In this document: in pieces, positions 54,795 through 62,401 of the stretch
Layout of the letters: each line of letters starts with the position of its first letter
Position numbering within the stretch: position 1 is the first letter of the stretch
Origin: Candidatus Latescibacterota bacterium
GTDB taxonomy: Bacteria > Latescibacterota > UBA2968 > GCA-2709665
Direction: 5' to 3'
DNA: 64,000 nucleotides
Assembly (NCBI GenBank): GCA_965219995.1
Contig: CBDCOX010000002.1
Location: forward strand, 3,232,001 to 3,296,000
Made by a program: the position numbers and the translations under genes
The notes under the pieces: model-generated
What the model was told of the DNA's origin: nothing
The model's database searches: none
The model's input: the letters and a program-made list of their open reading frames with translations, nothing else

Positions 54795-55765
54795 CCCTGC
54801 TTGCGCCGGACCCGGTTCTGCTCATCGGCGCCGTTCTCCTGGACGGCGTGTTCGGCGACCCGGTCTATGCCTGTCACCCCGTTCGCCTGATAGGCGGCAC
54901 GCTTTCCGTTTTCGAACGGAACCTGCGTCGGCTTGGTCTGGACGGATACGCCGGAGGTTGTACTCTGGCGTTGCTGCTCTCCACGTTCTGGCTGGTCATC
55001 ATCTGCGGCCTGGCAATCGTGCTGAGTCAGGTTCATCCCGCGGTCGGCTGGGTTTTTCAGTTATATATTATATATAGTATGATTGCGCTCAAGGACCTGT
55101 GCAAGCACGGGTTGGCCATCGATCGCGCCGGCGATCCGGACGGCGCCCGGAGGGCTGTCTCACAACTCGTTGGGCGCGATACCGATACAATGGACGCCGC
55201 GGCCTGCCGCAGGGCGGGCGTGGAGAGCCTGAGCGAGAACGCCGTCGACGGGTTTATTTCGCCCGTTTTCTGGTATATTATATTTGGTATTCCTGGAGTT
55301 GTATTCTTCAAGGTGATCAGCACCATGGATTCCATGGTGGGTTTCAAAACCCCGCGATACCGCGCTTTCGGATGGTGCGGCGCCCGGCTGGACGACGTGC
55401 TCAATTACCTGCCGGCGAGATTGACTTATCTCTGGATGGTGCTGGTCGCGCTGTTCCTGCCCGGTTGTTCCGCACGCAAGGCGATGCTTGTCGGCTGGCG
55501 GCAGCACGGGCTCGTTCCGGGACCCAATGCCGGATGGAGCGAAGCGACGGCTGCGGGTGCGTTGCAGCGCCGGCTGGTCGGCCCCGTCCGGCAGGACGGA
55601 ACACTGATTACAGAGCTGTGGCTGGGTGTTGAATCCGATCCGGAAGGCGGCCAACCCGGGGACATGCGCCGCGCGTGCTCATTTGTTATCGGCACCTGTG
55701 TGCTCGCAACGGGTCTCGGGGGCGCTTATCTTTTTGTTCTACGCCCGCACGTATTGACTTTCTGA
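54785..55765 (+). CDS. cbiB: Adenosylcobinamide-phosphate synthase (CbiB/CobD)
   Basis: LD..FGDP....HPV, LVGRDT, ESLSEN.VDG..SP, TMDSMVG, ARLDD..NYLPARL, PNAGW.EA..AGAL. Confidence 0.92.
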   Translation: MDLTLLAPDPVLLIGAVLLDGVFGDPVYACHPVRLIGGTLSVFERNLRRLGLDGYAGGCTLALLLSTFWLVIICGLAIVLSQVHPAVGWVFQLYIIYSMIALKDLCKHGLAIDRAGDPDGARRAVSQLVGRDTDTMDAAACRRAGVESLSENAVDGFISPVFWYIIFGIPGVVFFKVISTMDSMVGFKTPRYRAFGWCGARLDDVLNYLPARLTYLWMVLVALFLPGCSARKAMLVGWRQHGLVPGPNAGWSEATAAGALQRRLVGPVRQDGTLITELWLGVESDPEGGQPGDMRRACSFVIGTCVLATGLGGAYLFVLRPHVLTF

Positions 55766-55782
55766 TGTCCCGCCGCTATCTT
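55754..55782 (+). promoter_or_regulatory. Putative sigma70 promoter for the Cache-domain gene
   Basis: TTGACT-17 nt-TATCTT overlapping the cbiB 3' end. Confidence 0.45.
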
Positions 55783-55831
55783 CATCTGCCGCACTCAACC
55801 GAACCAAAGAGCATGTTACCAGGAGAGGGCG

Positions 55832-57421
55832 ATGATGAAATCTCTAACTGCCGGCTTGACTCTGGCGGCGATCTGCATGTCTTTAAATCCTGTCTTTGCA
55901 CAGGACAACAGGACGACGGCAGGCGATGTGGTGGACCGTGAGACCCTGATGGCCTTTGTGGAAGGGGCAAAGGACTCCCTGGAGGGAGCAGCCGACTTCG
56001 CCGCGGTCGGGCGATTGACCGAGGCGTTCAGGACCGAAGGCGACTGGAAGGCCGGGCCGGTCTATCTCGTGATTCTGACCGGCGAGGGACTCGTGCAATT
56101 TCACGCGGCCGACGTTATGATCGAAGACACGAACGTAATTGATCTCGAGGATGACAGAGGCGCGAAAATTGTGCGGGACATGCTCGCCGCTGCCGCTGAG
56201 GACGGCGGCTTTGTCGAGTACTATTGGGACGATCCTACCGTGGAGGACGATGATTTACCCAGGCTGACCTTCTCGGTTCCTGTTACCATAGTCGGGCTGG
56301 AATTCGTCCTTGTCGGCGGTTTTCACATGGACCTGTCGGACGTCGATGCCGAGCCGAACATCTTTGAACTGCTGGAGGTAACGGCCCGGGACGTCAAGGA
56401 CAGGGCATCCCTCATGTCGTTTGTGGAGGGCCTGCGGGTGCTCGTTCCCTTCATCGAAGAAAGAGGGTATCCCTACCTGGCAACCGTGCAGGCCGCCATC
56501 CGGACCGAGGGCGAGGATTTCAAACACGGTTCGATGTACATCTTTGTGATCAACACGTCGGGCATACTGATCTTTCACGGCACGGCGGACGCCAGTTCCT
56601 TCGGCGAGAACATGATCGACGTGGAGGACGTCAACGGAGTCAAAATCGTCCGTGAAATTATCGCGACGGCCGAAGCCGGCGGCGGGTTCGTGAAATATTA
56701 CTGGGACAATCCGGCGGTCATCGGAGACGAGGACACCAGGTCGCCCAAGCTCAGTTACGTGATCCCGATTCACATTTTCGGTCAGACGTTTGTCGTGGGC
56801 GCGGGCATCTATCTGGAGAGCGATATCGCATTCGAAGAGGTCGCGCAGGTGGATGTACAGGTCGTCGGCGACGGCGACCCGAGCGGACTGACGGTGCAAG
56901 TTTCGCGGTCGATTTCAGGACGCGCGCCCGTCTATGCGTGGCGCAAGACGACCGATGAGACGGGGCGCGCCGTGGTGAGAGTCACGCCGGACGAACAGCG
57001 TCGCGTCAACGGCATGTACCGGGCGCGCGTGCGCACGTCCGAGGGCGCGACCGTCGCAAGCTGGAGCAGCATTCCGCTGATGCCGGGAAGGCGCGTGACC
57101 TATGAGGTCAATCTGAATGGCGATGTACGTGCCATTGCGTCGCTTGCGGCTTCGCTGGGGCCGAACCGTCCGAATCCGTTCAACCCCGCAACAACCATAC
57201 GCTATTCACTGAACGAATCGGCGGACGTGAAACTGGCAGTCTACAACCTGCTGGGCCAGGAAATCCGTTCGCTGGTTCAGCAGTTCCAGCCGGCGGGCAG
57301 CTACACGGTCGTGTGGGACGGACGGGACGCCGCCGGACGGCAGGTGAGTACGGGTTTGTACCTGTATCGGCTTCAGGCAGGGGCGGACGTTGTCACGCGC
57401 AAGATGGTGTTGGCGAAATAG
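55832..57421 (+). CDS. Secreted protein: two Cache-like repeats, RSxSGR domain and FlgD-Ig-like C-terminal domain
   Basis: Signal peptide (VFA-Q); duplicated TA.DV.DR..LM.FVEG...YL/I...G...FH...GGFV.YYWD.P; VSRSISGR...WSSIP; PNRPNPFNP.TTIRY.L...WDGRD..G..V.TG.Y.YRL. Confidence 0.8.
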   Translation: MMKSLTAGLTLAAICMSLNPVFAQDNRTTAGDVVDRETLMAFVEGAKDSLEGAADFAAVGRLTEAFRTEGDWKAGPVYLVILTGEGLVQFHAADVMIEDTNVIDLEDDRGAKIVRDMLAAAAEDGGFVEYYWDDPTVEDDDLPRLTFSVPVTIVGLEFVLVGGFHMDLSDVDAEPNIFELLEVTARDVKDRASLMSFVEGLRVLVPFIEERGYPYLATVQAAIRTEGEDFKHGSMYIFVINTSGILIFHGTADASSFGENMIDVEDVNGVKIVREIIATAEAGGGFVKYYWDNPAVIGDEDTRSPKLSYVIPIHIFGQTFVVGAGIYLESDIAFEEVAQVDVQVVGDGDPSGLTVQVSRSISGRAPVYAWRKTTDETGRAVVRVTPDEQRRVNGMYRARVRTSEGATVASWSSIPLMPGRRVTYEVNLNGDVRAIASLAASLGPNRPNPFNPATTIRYSLNESADVKLAVYNLLGQEIRSLVQQFQPAGSYTVVWDGRDAAGRQVSTGLYLYRLQAGADVVTRKMVLAK

Positions 57422-57446
57422 CGGCCGCGTGCGAATTTGCGGTTCA

Positions 57447-57475
57447 TTGACTTTCCGAATTCAGTCCGTTATTCT
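57447..57475 (+). promoter_or_regulatory. Putative sigma70 promoter for hicBA
   Basis: TTGACT-17 nt-TATTCT. Confidence 0.45.
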
Positions 57476-57562
57476 TTCACAGTGTTCTGCAGCCACCGAG
57501 CATGATTGAGGGGATTTTACTATTGTCGTCATTTTCGTGAAAACATCCGTTCTGAGGAGAAT

Positions 57563-57832
57563 ATGAAGACGTATCTATTCAAGGCAGTCCTTGAGAAAGA
57601 CAAATGGCCCGATGAGCCGGATTCAAAGGCCGTGTGGCGAGCGTATATTCCTGCGCTGGAGCATAGGGGGGCCGCAAGCTGGGGAGATACTCAGAAAGAG
57701 GCTTTGGAGAATTTAAGGAACGCTGTCGATCTTCTCGTTGCGTACCTGCTGGAGAATGGAGAAGAGATACCCTCCGAGCCATCTTCGCAGATTGAGGTCA
57801 GCGATGTGCCCATGGTCACCGTAGCTATCTGA
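57563..57832 (+). CDS. hicB: HicB family antitoxin
   Basis: GAGGAG RBS; W.AYIPAL...GAASWGDTQKEALENL..AV.L....L.E.GE.IP. Confidence 0.82.
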   Translation: MKTYLFKAVLEKDKWPDEPDSKAVWRAYIPALEHRGAASWGDTQKEALENLRNAVDLLVAYLLENGEEIPSEPSSQIEVSDVPMVTVAI

Positions 57833-57833
57833 T

Positions 57834-58085
57834 ATGGCTATCGATTATAGCAGACTTCGTTCGCTGACAGCACGAAGATTGATACGAGCACTAAATAGAG
57901 ACGGGTTTCGCGAATACAGAAGGAAAGGCGCGACCCGTTTTTTTGTGCACGTGGATGGGAGAGTGACAACCGTCCACCTGCACAACTTGAATCAGATTTT
58001 TGCAGTGGGTACGCTCAAGTCAATCGTCGAGCGTCAAGCTCAGTGGGGAGAGGATGACCTTGAGCGCCTTGGGCTGTTGAAGTGA
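57834..58085 (+). CDS. hicA: HicA family toxin
   Basis: LTARRLIRALNRDGF...R.KG....F.H.DGR..TV..H.....F..GTLKSI. Confidence 0.78.
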   Translation: MAIDYSRLRSLTARRLIRALNRDGFREYRRKGATRFFVHVDGRVTTVHLHNLNQIFAVGTLKSIVERQAQWGEDDLERLGLLK

Positions 58086-58110
58086 AGTCTTTGATTCTTC
58101 CGGAGGTGCG

Positions 58111-59157
58111 GTGACTGAGGCGATTCTGACTGCCCGTACGCTGTCCATCGGATACACAGGCGGCCGCCGGCCGGCTCGCGTTGTGGCGCGGGATATCGAC
58201 GTTTCGCTCGATTCCGGAGACTTTGTCTGTCTCCTGGGGCCCAATGGCGCGGGGAAATCCACGCTTTTGCGGACGCTTGCCGGGGTGCAGCCGCCGCTTG
58301 ACGGCCACGTCCGTATCGCAGGAAGAGACACCTCGGAGATGTCCGCGACCGAAGTCGCTCAACTCCTCAGTGTGGTCCTAACGGACCGCGTCAGCGCGGG
58401 CGCCATGACGGTGCGCGACCTGGTGGGCCTGGGTCGGCATCCGCATACGGATTGGATCGGACGTTTCGCTCCTGAAGATGAACAGGCCGTTTCATGGTCG
58501 ATCCGGGCGGCGCGGGCTGAAGACCTTGAACACCGCAATGTCGCCGAACTGAGCGATGGCGAGCGCCAGCGGGTGATGATTGCGCGGGCGCTGGCGCAGC
58601 AGCCCGACCTGATGATTCTGGACGAACCCACCGCCTTTCTCGATCTGCCCCGCCGCGTGGAAATCATGGCGCTGTTGCGAGACCTTGCACATACGACCCG
58701 GAAGGCGATTCTCCTCTCCACGCACGACCTGGACCTGGCGCTGCGCTGTGCGGACCGCATCTATCTCCTGCCGTCAGAAGGCGAACTGCGGACCGGTGCG
58801 CCCGAGGACCTGGTCCTGAACGGCGCTTTTGAAGCGGCATTCGGGAGCGACGGCGTGCGCTTCGACGCCGACACGGGCGCCTTCAGGCTCACGCCGGAGC
58901 GAGGCCAGGCCGCGGTTTCCGTGTCGGGACAGGGACGGCGGGCGTATTGGACAAAGCGCGCGCTGGAACGCGCAGGGTTCCAGGCGGATGACGCGGAATC
59001 CCCGTGCCGCATCAACGTCGTCGACGGCACCAACGGCTCGTGGCGATTCGAACGTGGCGAAACAACCCGAAATTTCCATTCCATTTACGACTTGATTGCA
59101 GCGCTTAAAGTAGAATTTGGAATAGATACGGTGGCAAGATCGGGAATTGCAGGATGA
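58111..59157 (+). CDS. Cobalamin/iron-chelate ABC ATP-binding protein (BtuD/FepC-like)
   Basis: GPNGAGKSTLLR, LSDGERQRVMIARALAQ, LDEPTAFLD, STHDL. Confidence 0.9.
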   Translation: MTEAILTARTLSIGYTGGRRPARVVARDIDVSLDSGDFVCLLGPNGAGKSTLLRTLAGVQPPLDGHVRIAGRDTSEMSATEVAQLLSVVLTDRVSAGAMTVRDLVGLGRHPHTDWIGRFAPEDEQAVSWSIRAARAEDLEHRNVAELSDGERQRVMIARALAQQPDLMILDEPTAFLDLPRRVEIMALLRDLAHTTRKAILLSTHDLDLALRCADRIYLLPSEGELRTGAPEDLVLNGAFEAAFGSDGVRFDADTGAFRLTPERGQAAVSVSGQGRRAYWTKRALERAGFQADDAESPCRINVVDGTNGSWRFERGETTRNFHSIYDLIAALKVEFGIDTVARSGIAG

Positions 59158-60221
59158 GATCTGATCTGAAAAGTGAAGCGCGGGAGGGACCGCGGTGCTC
59201 GATGATCGTTCCAGGACTGTTTCTGCTGCTTCTTGTTGCGTTCGGCCTGAGCCTTTCGCTCGGGTCGGTCCGCATTCCTCTGGCCGGACTGTTCGTTATA
59301 CTGATGGGCGGAGAGCCCGCCTCTCCGGCATGGTCGATCATCATTCACACCATTCGCCTGCCGAAGGCGATTACCGGCGTGCTGGCCGGCGCCGCCCTGG
59401 CTGTGAGCGGACTGCAGATGCAGACGTTGTTTCGCAATCCACTCGCCGATCCGTTCGTGCTTGGCATCAGCGCGGGCGCCAGTCTGGGCGTGGCGATCGT
59501 GGTATTGACGGCGGGCGCCGTCGGCAGCGCGCTGATCGCCGGCCTGGGCTTCCTGGGCGACCTCGGCCTGGCTTTTGCGGCGATCCTCGGCGCCGCCGCG
59601 GTGCTGGGGGGTGTGCTGCTGGTTTCCCGCAGCGTGAGCAGCGTGATGACGCTGCTCATCCTTGGGTTGATGTTCGGATACGCAACCGCCGCGTTCGTCA
59701 GCATTCTGATTTACTTCAGCGTGCCCGAACAGATTCAGTCGTACATCCTTTGGACGTTCGGCAGTTTCGGCAGCGTGACGTGGCGCCAGGTCCCCGTGCT
59801 CGCCGGCGCCATTTTTCTTGGCCTCGTGCTCGCGTTGCTGTGTATCAAACCCCTGAACGCACTGCTGCTGGGCGAAGACTACGCCCGAAGCATGGGCCTG
59901 AACGTGAAACGCGCGCGGCTTTGGATCCTTGTCAACGCGTCGATTCTCGCGGGCGCCACCACCGCGTTCTGCGGCCCCATCGCCTTCCTGGGCCTGGCGG
60001 TGCCGCACCTGTGCCGAAGCCTGTTGCACTCGTCGGACCATCGCGTGCTCATGCCCGCCGTCATCTGCCTCGGCGCAACCCTCGCGCTGCTGTCCGATCT
60101 GTTCGCGCACCTGCCGGGCAGCCAGTACGTGCTGCCGCTCAACGCGGTGACCTCCCTCATCGGGGCGCCCGTCGTCATCTGGTTCATCCTGCACCGGAAG
60201 AACCTTAACCGGACGTTTTGA
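59154..60221 (+). CDS. FecCD/BtuC family ABC permease
   Basis: IRLPKA, MQTLFRNPLADP..LGIS.GASLG, LLLGE.YA.SMG, GPIAFLGLAVPHL.R. Confidence 0.92.
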   Translation: MRSDLKSEAREGPRCSMIVPGLFLLLLVAFGLSLSLGSVRIPLAGLFVILMGGEPASPAWSIIIHTIRLPKAITGVLAGAALAVSGLQMQTLFRNPLADPFVLGISAGASLGVAIVVLTAGAVGSALIAGLGFLGDLGLAFAAILGAAAVLGGVLLVSRSVSSVMTLLILGLMFGYATAAFVSILIYFSVPEQIQSYILWTFGSFGSVTWRQVPVLAGAIFLGLVLALLCIKPLNALLLGEDYARSMGLNVKRARLWILVNASILAGATTAFCGPIAFLGLAVPHLCRSLLHSSDHRVLMPAVICLGATLALLSDLFAHLPGSQYVLPLNAVTSLIGAPVVIWFILHRKNLNRTF

Positions 60222-60312
60222 AACCTGCAGGCGGGAAGAAACATGGATGGACAGGATGGGCAGGATGAAGGCCAAAAACAGGGACAAACCCGGTGGATGA
60301 TGGCGCACAATG

Positions 60313-60777
60313 GAGCGATTTTCCGACTTCAGAGGGAGGTCAATCACCCGTCAAAGGCAACGAACATGGATGCACGGGATGGGCGGGATAAGAGCAAGAA
60401 CCGGATCAGGATTTGAACGATTAAGCAGGATTAGAATCCAGGAACAGGATCGAGACATTATGCAGGAAAAAGCCCGCGCCATCTCGGTAGCGGGGCTGAT
60501 TTATTCTCCAGCCTGCAATCTACATGGATAATCATGGATGAACAGGACAAAGGCAGAAAGAGGGGAAAACAGGAGGGCGATGCCGTAGAACTGAGCAATT
60601 TTCCGACTTCAGAGGTAAGTCAACTACCCGTCAAAAGCAACGAACATGGATGGACAGGACGGGCAGGATGAGAGCAACAACCGGATCAGGATTTGAACGA
60701 TTAAGCAGGATTAGAATCCAAGAACAGGATCGAGACATGATGCAGGAAAAAGCCCGCGCCATTTCGGTAGCGGGGCT
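60313..60777. repeat. Direct repeat, two ~185-bp copies at 280-bp period
   Basis: 60313-60497 and 60593-60777 align without gaps (TTCCGACTTCAGAG...GGATCAGGATTTGAACGATTAAGCAGGATTAGAATCC...GCGGGGCT). Confidence 0.9.
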
Positions 60778-60929
60778 CTTTGATTCACCGGGTGGGTTCA
60801 AACGTTGATGGAAGGGATAAAACCAATAGAGCGCCAGAAATCAGGCGGCAGCAACCTATAGCGGCGTCGCGTTGTTCAGCCGCAACCGAATAGATTGAAG
60901 TGGACGTCTGGGCCCTTTTGAAAGTCGAT

Positions 60930-61070
60930 CACTCCCCCCGTGAGGGGGAGTCGCAGAAGCCGAGCCGTTCCCTGAGCCGCTCCCTGAGCATGCGGTGCCC
61001 TGAGCTTGTCGAAGGGTCGAAGGGTCGGCGAAGGGTAGCGAAGCGCGGGCGTTTCGACAAGCTCAACGAC
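60930..61070. repeat. Composite palindromic repeat cluster
   Basis: CTCCCCCC-GTGA-GGGGGAG hairpin, three CCCTGAGC units, GAGCTTGTCGAA/TTCGACAAGCTC inverted pair. Confidence 0.65.
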
Positions 61071-61142
61071 CACGCTTCGGTAAGCCGTGCCGGAAAGCTT
61101 GACGCATAAGGTTCTTTCTGCATGTGTTACAAACCCAAACGA

Positions 61143-62399
61143 TCAGTTGTTTGTTTGCCGGATTATCTCATTTACGCTACACTCCGGTTTGGTCACGTCA
61201 AACGGAACACAGATCAACGATAGCTCTTCGTCAAATTTGTAATGTAATGGATCGTCGAATTTATCCGTCTTCGGATAGATCAGCGCGACTTTACTGCAGC
61301 CGTATTTCTTCCCGTATACGAACATCTGGTACATGTCGGCCTGGTTGACGCCGCGTTTCAGGTCGCCGTCCTCCGCGTTTACGCGCTTCCATTTTGTGTC
61401 CAGAATTAATACAGCGTTGTCATCGGACATCAGGCTGATATCCGGTTTCATATAAAAGACACCCTCGTTGCCATGGTGGGCTAACGGCGTCATCGGACCC
61501 TGTTTACGCACTGAATAATCACCTTGATGTCGCCGAAAACTGGCCGCCACGAAGTCCTCAAATATCTCCCACATCGGAAATAACAACGTCTGGTTGACGT
61601 GTCTCCCGGAGAACGTGGTCAGGCCGTGATTGAAGAGAAACAGGCCGACCCACTGCATCACCGCGTCGTAATGTTGAATCGTTCGATCCAGAGAGTGCCG
61701 GTCCCAGTCGCTCCGCGGGTGCGTTGACAACGGAATATCGGAAAAACCGATTCGCAGCTGATGCAACATCTGCTGGTTTCCAGGCTGGCGAACCGTTCGG
61801 TTCAGTTTGTCAATCGTGCTATGGATCAATCGATTGGCGGGTCGGTTTGCGCTGAACACGTCATAGCCCACGTAGAAACGTGCGCGGTTAGCCACGTTCT
61901 CGCGAATGTGTTGTGGAAATCGGATGCGTCCGCGGAGGCATGGCAGGTTCTCCTCCACCGGTTGATATTTGCGGGCAAGACCGCGTTGCGTGAGCATCAC
62001 GAGGTTGTTCAGGAACAGGTGGACGAAGACTTCCAGCATATTGAAGTGTCGCACGGCGTTGATCTGGCTCTCGTTGAATACAGCCTGCGACTTGAATCCA
62101 CGCCACGTGCGGAGCATGGAATAAAAGATCCGTTTGGTTTCGGATTTGTCGTCGTCGTCATCGACGAAGTCAACCTTTGGCAGAATTTCAAGCACCGTTC
62201 TCTTGCGGGTTTCGATAATTCCGACGTAGTTTCCCGCGAATAACCTGCTGTTCCTGGCGTGTAACACCGGCCTGTAGTTGCCGGGTACATCGTGTTGATT
62301 CTCCAGAGCAAACTCTTTCAGGTCTTTCAGTTCGTCCGTACTCAGGTCGGTTAGAGCTTCGTGTTCTTTGACGACCAGTGGTTTTTTTCTTGGCGGCAT
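61143..62399 (-). CDS. mcrC: McrC family restriction endonuclease subunit
   Basis: NYVG, EILPK, LRGRI.F, N..NRLI, M..IFE.FV, MKPDI...ILDTKWK, DMYQM..Y. Confidence 0.9.
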   Translation of the reverse strand: MPPRKKPLVVKEHEALTDLSTDELKDLKEFALENQHDVPGNYRPVLHARNSRLFAGNYVGIIETRKRTVLEILPKVDFVDDDDDKSETKRIFYSMLRTWRGFKSQAVFNESQINAVRHFNMLEVFVHLFLNNLVMLTQRGLARKYQPVEENLPCLRGRIRFPQHIRENVANRARFYVGYDVFSANRPANRLIHSTIDKLNRTVRQPGNQQMLHQLRIGFSDIPLSTHPRSDWDRHSLDRTIQHYDAVMQWVGLFLFNHGLTTFSGRHVNQTLLFPMWEIFEDFVAASFRRHQGDYSVRKQGPMTPLAHHGNEGVFYMKPDISLMSDDNAVLILDTKWKRVNAEDGDLKRGVNQADMYQMFVYGKKYGCSKVALIYPKTDKFDDPLHYKFDEELSLICVPFDVTKPECSVNEIIRQTNN

Positions 62400-62401
62400 G
62401 G

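Noticed and set aside
60310-60531. 73-aa ORF inside the 280-bp duplication
   Set aside because: No RBS or motif, and the start codon is not preserved in the second copy.
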